IMG/VR virus record: IMGVR_UViG_3300021964_000060 | Span: 1-62,021 of that record | DNA: 62,021 bases | Source of the DNA: a virus | Lineage: Duplodnaviria > Caudoviricetes | Reading direction: 5' to 3' (one strand) | In this document: one piece after another, positions 26,189 to 36,700 of the stretch | Numbering within the stretch: the stretch's first letter is position 1 | How the letters are laid out: each line of letters starts with the position of its first letter | Made by a program: the position numbers and the translations under genes | The notes under the pieces: generated by a model | Databases searched by the model: none | Told to the model about the DNA's origin: nothing | What the model saw: the letters and a program-made list of their open reading frames with translations, nothing else

Positions 26189-29100
26189 CTAGTTTATATT
26201 GATTTGCCAACCAGCTATTTGTCTCAAGAATGTTAATTTATTAAAATATGTACTGTTCTGAGATATTTGGGTTTCATTAATTAACGGGTTACCTAATAAA
26301 TCAACTTTAACACCTGATCTGTTATTATTATTGTAATTCGTTTCCATATCATCTAAAATTCTAAATGCATCTTGTAATGTTAAAGCGTTATTTGAGAGAT
26401 TTAAATCTCTCAAATTTAAACAAGTTGCTAAAGAATTAGCTGTATAAGCATTGAATTGGTTTGCAGACATATTTAAATCTTTTAGGAAAATAGAAGATGA
26501 AAAACTAGGAATAGTTCCTCCTAAAAGGTTAGTAGAACAATTAAAATATTCAAGACTTGGCAAACTGAGTTCACCTAAAGAGGTAAATTTATTTTGGCTA
26601 ATATCGAGTATTTTTAAATCATCTAAACTTGTTGCGGGAAAAGCTCCACTAAATAGATTATCTTGAATTTTAATTGTTACTGCATTTCCAATCTGATTTA
26701 AATCTACAGGCCCAGTCATATTTGTTCCGTATAATTCAAATGTTCTAAGCACATTGAAGTATTGCATATCCGGCATCTTTCCTTCAATAGTCCGTGTACC
26801 CCCAACAGAAAATGAATCTAGAGCAGGGAACATAGCAAATGCTTTAGATGACGCAGGAACTTCAAATGGTTCAAAAATAGGTTCCGCACCATCAAACTGC
26901 ATTATATCTACGCTTGGCATGTAGGAATACGCCCCAGTATTAGATTCGAGATTTCCGTATCCTGCAGAAGTAATTTCATAGGTAAATGTTCGGCTGAGGT
27001 GACCTTTGTGCGCTAGGTAAGTAATTAAAGGACCACCCTCAACTTCTCTAAATTGCCAAAAGTATAAATCACTTGCAAAACCTTCACGTTGACCTGGATC
27101 TAGAGCATCGTCATCTTCAAACCCGATAGTGTCTAATAATGTCCCGTCACTTAGATATAACTCAACTGTTGAGCCGTAACCAGTAGTTGGTGTCGGACCG
27201 TAGTCCGAATACGATGTACTTGCCACCGCAATAACTGTATTTCCATCGTCTAACTGTGCAATAGCAGCAGCTCTTCCAAAATTTCTACTGTACACATCTT
27301 GGCTTAATCCCGAAGGTAAATTTGTAGATCCTGGGAATATTCTAGTTATGTCATCTGTAGATTTATTGATAACAAAAACAACACCCGAAAGTGTGTTTGC
27401 TCCAACAGTAGAACCTTGGGCACCCAAAACTATATAATCCTCACATTGTTTCATCGTTGTAAAGACTGTTCTGGGTGTCTCTGGATTAATATTTGTTTGA
27501 TCTATTTCTGCTGAGGTTAGCACTCGCCCTCTATCAACAAACCCTTGCTCAGATCTAAATTTTCTAAGGATTCTGTCTCCATCATCCATTACCCAAATAA
27601 ATTCATTATCGCAAATAACATCACTCCCGTAATGTGATGATCCAGATAATCCGCTAGGTTCTCTTAACCCATTTGGATTAGATGGAAGTTCAGTACCATT
27701 GCTTCTTCTATGGATTGAAACTGTTCCTGCCTGCGTAAATCTTGTTATAAATGCACCGGGAAATCCCACAAATACATAATCATCATTCATTGCAACACTG
27801 GCGCCAAATTCACTATGGCTAACTGAATATCCTCCAAAAAATCCTCTTTCGCCCCTTTCGGGTATATAAGATTCACTAACTTCTAATCTTCTAACCACCG
27901 CTCCGTTTGCGTTGTATAATACACAAGCGCCCTCAACATCATAATCCCAACCGTTTTGGCTCGAAAAGCCGCCACTTTGTGAATTTTGATAATAATCAGT
28001 TTCTTTGGATGTGATAGCAAATCTTCCTTGACTTGCATCATTAAAGAAATCACCTTTAACGTTAGTAGCCACATCAGTGAAATCTTGAACAGCACCTACA
28101 CCTATACTCAATGTGGAAGCAAAGTTATTATCTGTTATAGTTGTGAAAGAATCATTTTCGGCTGCCGAAGGTACAGATAAAAATAAAGGATAAACGGTAG
28201 GATTTAGTGCCTTAATGTATGTAACTTGGTCTCTAGAGCCATTTATATAAGCGACTGAACTATAAAACGCTTCTCCAAAATCAGTAACAATAGGATCTTC
28301 ATCATTTCCAAAAAAGTTATTTGCGGTGTCAACCGTTGTATTAAATGTACCACCACTAAGTTTAAAAGTAGCTAAACTTGATGCGAGATTTGAAACAATC
28401 TCTTGATACTCTGCGCCTTCTGTTGCAAACGCTCCAGCCAGCTCTAATTCAATTTTACGCTTGCCGGCAGCTGCTAATGGTTGAAATGTTCCGTTTATTC
28501 TTGTGTTTGATAAATTTAATTCTTCTAAACTAGGACATCCTTTAAAGGCTAAGTCAAACCTGCCCGTCACATAAGAATCCGAAAAATCTACAAACCTTAA
28601 AGAACGGCAACCTTCAAAATATCCATGTGTATTAGAACCATATATATTTGCTTCACCTATGTTTACAGTTGCACCGTTGAAATTTTGATTATGCGAATAT
28701 TCAACGAGTTTTTGTGAAGAAAGCGTAGAAAGGGCATTGTTACCTGATGCCGGACCACCGAAACAGATAGGTTCAACACTATTTTGATCTAAAATAACAG
28801 TAGTAATTTCAACATCCACAGGATTACCTACAATAAATGGATCGTTTTCAATTACTTCACCTTCTTCTTTCATTGACCTTATATTATTATTAAAAAGATC
28901 TATTATCTGGATAGATTTACCCGTTTCTAACAACGAAGTGCTTAAAAATCTATAACTTTGATCTTGAACTCTGTAATTTAATAAAGAACTATTAATTTTA
29001 GGTGTAACACCTGCATATGTATTTCTTCTAATATTACCTCTACTCCAAGAAGAGTTAAATTTAAAATCTATTAATTGTTGATAACCTGATAAATCTATAT

Positions 29101-30208
29101 CACCTGAATTTGTAAATGTGCCTGAAATATCTAAAAAAATTAGATTTGAAGCACCTAAAGAATTTATCTGAGTATTTGCATCAGGTGTATTAGATAAAGG
29201 ATTACCGGCAAAAATTAAGGTATTTAAATTGGGAGTTCTAGCCGATAAGGGCGGATTATCCGGAACATTTTGAAAATTATTTTGAGTTAAGTCAAGATAG
29301 TTTAAATTAGGCAAAGTTGCTTTGGGAAAACTAGAAATATTTAAGTTCTTTAATGTAAAATTAAAGAAGGCATCAGGTCTTGCATAGAAGTCAAGACGTT
29401 TAGATCCGTTAGTCGTAAAATTAAATTCTTGTTCAAATACTGTTTCGGGCAAATCTCTAAATATATATTCTATGGCCGGATCAAATGAATTATCCAAAAT
29501 AACTAATGTAGGTTTAACACCTGCTGTTGTTTGAAAAGTTAATTCCGAATTTCTGAAAAATGCATCAAAAGATAAAGGAATATTTTGCATTGCATAGAAG
29601 AAATACGGTTGCCCATTTATAGATAATTGTACTTGAGTTGTTGGTTCTTCAGCATCAAATCTTTTTTCTGTTATAGGGCCTTTGAATACAAGAGAATCTG
29701 TAAAAATATAAGAATCGTTAGGATCTGCATTTAGACCCGTACCAGGATCTACAGGATTAATAGAAAGCTCTGCTCCATAAAAAATAGTGTTACTTGTATC
29801 GCTGTTTATCGATGACCAAGATGATACACGGCTTGTTGAAATGTCTGCCTGCACTGTTTCATAATAAGGAGAGGATTCACCGTATTGGAGGAAATTATAT
29901 TTAATTGCTGAAGCACGAACCTGACTGTTGACAATGACATTTGAATCATAGGCAGGTTGATAGATATCAACTAAACTTCCTGCTTTTGATGCCATTTCAA
30001 AAGCGGATCTATATGCAGAATATGTTGCTTTTTCCTGGTCATCATTTAAATTACCCAACAAGTGTAATTCTTGTGTTGTTATTTCTTCAGACAAACCTCT
30101 AATTTTGTTTAGGTCACTAATATTTAAACCTAAGTTAATTAGAGAGTCAGCAAGGTTATCAACATCACCTAAATATAGGAAAACATTTAATCCTCTAAAG
30201 ATTGCCAT
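26189..30208 (-). CDS. Leucine-rich-repeat protein (1339 aa) with an inserted FG-GAP-like propeller region
   Basis: LPNLNYLDLTQNNF, PSLEELNLSNTRING, LPSLEYFNCSTNLLGGTIP and NLRDLNLSNNALT are LRRs. EFGASVAM..YVFVGFPG..AGTVSI and NFGRAAAIA are FG-GAP-like. Confidence 0.85.
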   Translation of the reverse strand: MAIFRGLNVFLYLGDVDNLADSLINLGLNISDLNKIRGLSEEITTQELHLLGNLNDDQEKATYSAYRSAFEMASKAGSLVDIYQPAYDSNVIVNSQVRASAIKYNFLQYGESSPYYETVQADISTSRVSSWSSINSDTSNTIFYGAELSINPVDPGTGLNADPNDSYIFTDSLVFKGPITEKRFDAEEPTTQVQLSINGQPYFFYAMQNIPLSFDAFFRNSELTFQTTAGVKPTLVILDNSFDPAIEYIFRDLPETVFEQEFNFTTNGSKRLDFYARPDAFFNFTLKNLNISSFPKATLPNLNYLDLTQNNFQNVPDNPPLSARTPNLNTLIFAGNPLSNTPDANTQINSLGASNLIFLDISGTFTNSGDIDLSGYQQLIDFKFNSSWSRGNIRRNTYAGVTPKINSSLLNYRVQDQSYRFLSTSLLETGKSIQIIDLFNNNIRSMKEEGEVIENDPFIVGNPVDVEITTVILDQNSVEPICFGGPASGNNALSTLSSQKLVEYSHNQNFNGATVNIGEANIYGSNTHGYFEGCRSLRFVDFSDSYVTGRFDLAFKGCPSLEELNLSNTRINGTFQPLAAAGKRKIELELAGAFATEGAEYQEIVSNLASSLATFKLSGGTFNTTVDTANNFFGNDEDPIVTDFGEAFYSSVAYINGSRDQVTYIKALNPTVYPLFLSVPSAAENDSFTTITDNNFASTLSIGVGAVQDFTDVATNVKGDFFNDASQGRFAITSKETDYYQNSQSGGFSSQNGWDYDVEGACVLYNANGAVVRRLEVSESYIPERGERGFFGGYSVSHSEFGASVAMNDDYVFVGFPGAFITRFTQAGTVSIHRRSNGTELPSNPNGLREPSGLSGSSHYGSDVICDNEFIWVMDDGDRILRKFRSEQGFVDRGRVLTSAEIDQTNINPETPRTVFTTMKQCEDYIVLGAQGSTVGANTLSGVVFVINKSTDDITRIFPGSTNLPSGLSQDVYSRNFGRAAAIAQLDDGNTVIAVASTSYSDYGPTPTTGYGSTVELYLSDGTLLDTIGFEDDDALDPGQREGFASDLYFWQFREVEGGPLITYLAHKGHLSRTFTYEITSAGYGNLESNTGAYSYMPSVDIMQFDGAEPIFEPFEVPASSKAFAMFPALDSFSVGGTRTIEGKMPDMQYFNVLRTFELYGTNMTGPVDLNQIGNAVTIKIQDNLFSGAFPATSLDDLKILDISQNKFTSLGELSLPSLEYFNCSTNLLGGTIPSFSSSIFLKDLNMSANQFNAYTANSLATCLNLRDLNLSNNALTLQDAFRILDDMETNYNNNNRSGVKVDLLGNPLINETQISQNSTYFNKLTFLRQIAGWQININ

Positions 30209-33200
30209 TTACTGTTCCCTTGTTGTAATTGTAAATTGCATTTCACCAAAATTTGTTGGACTTTCTGGCAATGCTGTTGCTTTAAAATATATAGCTCTAT
30301 TGTTATACAAACCTATGCTAATTTTATTTCTATCAAAATTAAAAATATTCGATAAATCAATTTCTTCATTTTGATTACCGGGTACAAAGAAAGAATAAAT
30401 TGTCTTACCGTCTCTAATTGGGTTTAAAGCTGCTGTATCATAACCAATACCCGATAGTCTATTTTGTGAAATAAACGATGATGGAGGAAATACTGCAGAT
30501 ACACCTGTGTCTGCACTTTCAGTCGCATCAAATCCTATTCCTGTTCCAGCAAAAGTTGGAACATGTGTTACACTCCCATTTACATTTATTTGTTCAACTA
30601 TGATATTATTTATTTCAGCATTACTTCTCATTCCTATAAACAAATGTAATGGATCCTGTCTAAACGGTAATACCCTTTTTAAAGGCCCAAAGTTTCTCGG
30701 ATCATCTGGACCCGATTTAGTCAGTTTATAATCGTCTGATAATGTAAATTCTCTAACCAAAATTTCAGTGATTGTAGATGGGTCAATGTTAGGTGGATTA
30801 CCGCTATTATCATTTATAACGTAAACAACATTTTTAGGTAGTCCTAAAACTGTTTGTATTCTAGGAATTGTTGTAAATTTAAATGTTGTTTCATTATCGT
30901 TTGCCCCAAATGTAGAATAATTTAAATCAATTTCATTTATGGGAGGTGCATCACCTTCAAAAACAACTAGGTAATCACCACCGGATACGTCAGGGGTATC
31001 TAATTCAATAATTTGTTCTACAGCGTAGGTGTTAATGTCTATTTTACCCTTTAGACAACTTAACAATCCAGTAAAGTTTCCTTTAGGTAATTCATCACCT
31101 CTTATTCGGTCATCCTGCTCTAATCTATATCCGCCCGAAAAATCTGTTTCACCGGATTCAGCATTTGTTGTTAACTCATAACCATTTTCTCGGTTTGTAA
31201 ATTCTCCATAAAGCTCGGTGTTATAATCAAAGTATACTTCACCTACAGGTGGTAAAGTTTGATAGAACCTTTCTCCTCCAAATTGTAAATATGTTTCACC
31301 TACAGGTACCTCAGGAGTTTTAGTTGTAAATCCTAATAAGAAATCATTAAATCTTCCATTTGTAACATTTCTGTCAATAGGGTTTAAAAAATGAACTTTA
31401 AATTCATTAGAAGTAATTTCTGTTGTATCGCCAACAAACGTACTGTAGTTATGAATTTCTGCATCAAATCTAGAACTCGGCAATGCAGTGAGAATGGAAC
31501 CGTTATCTCTCCTTGTTTTGAAAGGAACGGGTAATCTAGTTTCAGTAATTTCATAATTAGATCTTCTGTATATTTTAGAAAATCCATCATCTGCCGGATC
31601 AAAATTTGCATATATGTTATACAAACCATCTCCAACTATTTTAGAATTTACGTCTAAAATATCAAAAGAATTCTGAGATGTGCTAGTTAATAATATACCT
31701 GTATTATCGTCTACAATATTAAAACTTATATTTTTATTTTGGTTGAATGTGCATCTTAATGAAATTGATTTAGAGCCATGTTGACCATCGGGTGAAACAT
31801 TAACCTCTTCAATGTCAATTCTTGTATCTTTACTAGAAAACACAGAAATAGTTTGCGGAAATGCTGACTTTAAATTAATATTGCCATCAAACGGATTATT
31901 TTCATCATCTAATCCCGTTGAATTTACAATTTTATTTTTAGGGTGTATACCGACAATAGGTGTTTTTACATTAAATGGTTTTGTTGGGGATTGTAAACTG
32001 GTAAATGTTGTTGTGCCTTCATCGCCACCATCAATATAATAAGATGCACCATATTTGTAAATGTAGATAGGTTCAAATAAATTCGAAGTATTTTTATTAT
32101 ATACCATATATCTAAATTTAAAATCTGGGTTTTGTAAAACAGGAACTTCCATCTGATTTTCAATAATCATTGTGTGGAGCCTGACCCATCTTGCTTCTCC
32201 GGCGCCAACAGGTACGTATGCATAAAATCTTGCACCAATCGCACCATACCAAGAGTATTCAATTTTATACATTGTAACTTTTTCAAAATCTATAATGTAT
32301 CCAGATGGCCCCGAGCCATCTAACGGATCACCATTCCATTTAGATCTTGGAATTTTTAATTCGTGCATAGGCACTGAATTATCTTTACCTGGAGGAAGTA
32401 CCTTTGTTGGTTGTGAATTTTCATCAACGCTCATATATAAACTATACGGCGCTAAGTCGTATCTATCTTCAACAAGATTTATTGGTCTCTGTACTGTAGA
32501 CCTTACAATGATACTCCATTGTGTCCCTGCAACTTGAAACATATACTGATCTGTGGGATTAGCGGCGCCCCATTCAACGAGATCGTTTGTTGAACCAGGG
32601 TTGTTTCTCAATCGTAAACCGAATGTAAATCCGGAAATACGACCAGGCTGATATCTAAATGTTTCTTTACTTTCTAAAATACCTATAGATTCATTTTCTG
32701 CCGAATCTCCAGGTCTTGTATATTCTGGGTCACAATATCCCACAATAAAATCATAATTACCTGCATAATCATTTGTACTGTCAAATATAATTTGCTCGGG
32801 TAATTGAGTAGGTGAAGGAGGAACATTAAATATCGGATATGTTTCTGTGCCAGCTCTAATTTTTTCATAAAACACAGTCCAGTTTTCAATAGCATCCATT
32901 GCATCTTGCACAGTTGAATTTTCTGTACCTGATCTGTATTCAATTTCATAATATAGCTGCTCATTATAAAATCCTGCAGCACCACCGCCTAATCGTAACC
33001 ACGAATTAACAACTCCTGGCGTCCCTCTTTTTACTCCTATAATAGGTATCTCATCACCATCTTGAGTCATTATTCTTACGTAAGGTGGAATGAAATTTTT
33101 TCTAGCAAATTCTCTTCCTTGAGCATCTGCATTTTGCCATATTTCATACATCCATCTACCTAAGGCAATAAACCTTATATACTTGTAGAAATTATTTGTT

Positions 33201-33715
33201 AATTCACCGTTGGTGTATGTAGGCCCAAATGGAAAGGTATATTGTGTTGGGAATGATTTAAAATACAGAGCCTGTTCAGTAGTTCCTTCATAGAACTCCG
33301 CAGCAGCTCTTTTACCAAAGATTGGATGCTGTCTGTTGTACCACTCATACGGTTCATTGTTAGGAGCAACTGTATAAAAATTCCAATTATCTTTATCAAT
33401 TCCATATGATGATACATCGGAGAACAAAGAAAGTTGCTCTTCGGCACGAGGAATACCTAATAAACTAACCGATACTTCAGAAAAATCGCTAAATTCTTCT
33501 TCTATAGGGGCAGGCGCCCCTGTTTCCTGGTTAACAATAACCGACATTGCGTTAGCTCTTCTGTTATAACTATCTAATGTTGTTATAACAGAAGTTATCA
33601 GCCTATTGCCTGCAACGTCAGTTAATGGTAACCCTTGAATATCAACTAATTCTGGAAAAGTTTCAATTAAAGGGGCAGGTATCTTATCGAATCCAACCTT
33701 GACTTGTTTTGTCAT
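30209..33715 (-). CDS. Large virion protein (1168 aa), FRYQPGR..YSWYG family; paralog of 33716..37939
   Basis: SLLGIPRAE, FRYQPGRISG, KVTMYKIEYSWYGAIGA, GEARWVRLH and KYGASYYIDGGD are shared with the upstream gene. Confidence 0.8.
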   Translation of the reverse strand: MTKQVKVGFDKIPAPLIETFPELVDIQGLPLTDVAGNRLITSVITTLDSYNRRANAMSVIVNQETGAPAPIEEEFSDFSEVSVSLLGIPRAEEQLSLFSDVSSYGIDKDNWNFYTVAPNNEPYEWYNRQHPIFGKRAAAEFYEGTTEQALYFKSFPTQYTFPFGPTYTNGELTNNFYKYIRFIALGRWMYEIWQNADAQGREFARKNFIPPYVRIMTQDGDEIPIIGVKRGTPGVVNSWLRLGGGAAGFYNEQLYYEIEYRSGTENSTVQDAMDAIENWTVFYEKIRAGTETYPIFNVPPSPTQLPEQIIFDSTNDYAGNYDFIVGYCDPEYTRPGDSAENESIGILESKETFRYQPGRISGFTFGLRLRNNPGSTNDLVEWGAANPTDQYMFQVAGTQWSIIVRSTVQRPINLVEDRYDLAPYSLYMSVDENSQPTKVLPPGKDNSVPMHELKIPRSKWNGDPLDGSGPSGYIIDFEKVTMYKIEYSWYGAIGARFYAYVPVGAGEARWVRLHTMIIENQMEVPVLQNPDFKFRYMVYNKNTSNLFEPIYIYKYGASYYIDGGDEGTTTFTSLQSPTKPFNVKTPIVGIHPKNKIVNSTGLDDENNPFDGNINLKSAFPQTISVFSSKDTRIDIEEVNVSPDGQHGSKSISLRCTFNQNKNISFNIVDDNTGILLTSTSQNSFDILDVNSKIVGDGLYNIYANFDPADDGFSKIYRRSNYEITETRLPVPFKTRRDNGSILTALPSSRFDAEIHNYSTFVGDTTEITSNEFKVHFLNPIDRNVTNGRFNDFLLGFTTKTPEVPVGETYLQFGGERFYQTLPPVGEVYFDYNTELYGEFTNRENGYELTTNAESGETDFSGGYRLEQDDRIRGDELPKGNFTGLLSCLKGKIDINTYAVEQIIELDTPDVSGGDYLVVFEGDAPPINEIDLNYSTFGANDNETTFKFTTIPRIQTVLGLPKNVVYVINDNSGNPPNIDPSTITEILVREFTLSDDYKLTKSGPDDPRNFGPLKRVLPFRQDPLHLFIGMRSNAEINNIIVEQINVNGSVTHVPTFAGTGIGFDATESADTGVSAVFPPSSFISQNRLSGIGYDTAALNPIRDGKTIYSFFVPGNQNEEIDLSNIFNFDRNKISIGLYNNRAIYFKATALPESPTNFGEMQFTITTREQ

Positions 33716-36700
33716 TTATTGCTCTTCCCATGTTATCCCTACTGCAATTGGATCAGTGTTTTCTCCGACAAGCGTATCACTATCAACAGCAATATATAAA
33801 GATTCAACTTCATCAGTTAACGGGTAAGACAAATATTCTTTATTATAATCAAAATACGTATTCAATTCTATTTGTTCAGTACCTTGTGTCAAATATAATG
33901 TTGCAACAGATGTTCCTGTACCAGGTATTGGTAATACAGGATTATTAACAACATTAATAGATGTTAAACTGTCTTGAGAAGGCAAAATAGTCCTTGTTTC
34001 ATCCGAATATGTAATCACATTAACATCGCCAGTTACTGTATTTGCTTGATAAGCAAATCTATCATCAGGTAAGAATTCACCTGTTTTTAATGTAACAGTA
34101 TCTGTAAATGTATCAAACATATCGAAATAATATGAATTAGCTAACTTATATAACCTACCAAATACTGTGACTTCTTCACCTAAAACTCTTGCTTGGAACC
34201 ATCCATATTTTTCAGCATTATTTAATAAGAATGGATCGGGAGCAGCGGATTCAGTTACTGTTAATGGCAGTCCCTCAGCGGATATAGTATATTCTGCTGA
34301 AAGATTTAGAGTACCATCTATCACATCTTCTGTTTGAAATACTGGTGTCTTTTTCATTCTCATTCTTACAGGGTTATTTCCTAAATTCGCTGTTGATAAT
34401 TTTGTAGGATAAACCTGTACACGGTTTCTTACTCCAGAAGAATTTACGGCAGATACAATAACATCTTTTGTTTCTAATCCGTATGCTGTAGGAGCTCTAT
34501 CTGTTACAAGTGTTATACCTTGACCTACAGGCTGTCTTGTGAACTCAACGAAATTTCCATTAACCCAATTAACTTTGATGCCCTGGTCTCTCGCATCACC
34601 AGTCTGTAATTCCGCACCCATAAAGAATGTTTTATTGCTTGGAATTGGAACTCCATCTGTAGTGGTCAACTCAGTTATTTCATATTGTCTTGAGGCAGCA
34701 GCGCCTGTGGTTGTTATTTGCCACTTTTTACCTACTGCATCAACTGTTGTGTTGTTATTATGAGAATATAACCTGACTGTACCACGGTCACCGCCATCAA
34801 TATAATACGATGCACCATACTTGACAATATGATGAGAGGCATTACCATAATTGTATGTATCAGTTTGATATTCTAAATCACCACCCGTTATTTCAGAACC
34901 CCCACCCCATACATTGTATGTAATAGGTAATGTTGCGTTACCTAAAGATGCAATTTTTAATTGGTTAGAAGCTCTTAAATGGTGTACACGAACCCATCTT
35001 GCTTCACCGTTATCAATGGGAACATACGCTAAGAATAATGCACCAACCGCACCGTACCATGAGAACTCAACCTTAAGCATGGTAACTTTTGTGAAGTCAA
35101 AGTTATATAGTGATATTGCATCTTCCCATAGTCCATCTTGATCTTGAACATTAGCGCCGGGTCTAACAATACCTGTAGGTCCTGTTGCTACATCAGAATA
35201 AACTCGCTTACTAACTTTGCCATCTAACTTATCATGCGAGAATCTAGATCTAGGAACACGATATTCGTACACACCCCAATACTCTGGATTAACATTATTC
35301 TTAATCCAGTTAATATATTCTATATTAAAGTTAATATTGTCATATTGTCTTCTTATTTCTGACAAATTTGCATTGACATTAGAATCTAATGATGTGTCGA
35401 TATATCCTAAGTATACAGCTTCAGCATCATCTAATTGAATATTAGATGAATACTTTAGAGGGAATTGCATACCTTTAATAAACGGATCTGAATCATCATC
35501 ATAATTTGTAGATATATTTACTCCATCAATATTGGTAATTGTACCTGCTTCTCTTGTATCAAATCTGTAATATTGTGGATCATAAACCTCTGGAACTTCA
35601 AAAGGAGTCACCAACTCAAAGTATACGTAATTATCACCATCATCATTTGTTTGTGGTGTAAAGTCTTCTCCTGTATCCGGATCAATTGTAAAAACTTTTT
35701 GACCTTCAGGATTGTTAGAATATTTGTATGCTCTAATAGTAAATTGATTACCTTTTGCACCAATTACTCTATCAACTGTAAATATTGCTCCATTTTGCCA
35801 TCCTCCAACAGATTCACCCGATGTTCCTGTAACAACAGGCCAATCTTGACCATTACCTGTATACATTCTTACTTTTTGACCGAATGTAACGATTCCTTTT
35901 GTTAAAGTAAATACAGTTTGATATCCATCAAGTCGTGCATTGTTCATATCGTAATCATCGGGTCCAGGACCAGCCGTACCATCATTATTAAAATCAATAA
36001 ATTCAAATCTTGTATGAGCTTTAATTTTTTCAATCGGTTTAAGCAAAGATGGATCATTAACAGCGGCATGGATCATAGGCAACCCATCTCTAAATGCAAC
36101 TAAGTTAGCAGCAAATCCACGAGTACCGTATTCTACTGCAATAGTTGATTCAGAGTTAAAGTTTTCGATTAGATCACCAGCAAGCGATATGATTTTACTT
36201 TCAATTGGATTTGAAGTATTCATATTAAAAGGTGCTTCTTTTAAATCTTCGAGAATCATATCTCTTAGGTGTGTATGCCTTGATCTTTCGGATACTTGTG
36301 AGTTTCCGTCTTGACTTTGACTATAAATTGATTGTCCATCACCCTTATAATACATTGACATATTATATTTTGTTTCGGCATTTCCTCCGCCAACAATATC
36401 ATTTTTATATCCATCAATCACATATAACAAATCTCTAGCACACTTATATTTGATATTTTCGTAAAATCTGTTAAGTTCTAATGCCATCGTAGCACTCACA
36501 TCAGTTCCATACAATTGAGTGAGTGGAGGGACATATCCTGGAATAACTTGATTTACCATAAAATCAAGACCATCGCCTGGCCCGTTAATAGGATTGTATC
36601 TATAATTTACTGCGTTTGATGTGCTATGTATAGCTGTATTCGAATAAGGAATAGTTGCACCTGCATCGACATCACCAGCGCTATAACTAGATACAAAATA

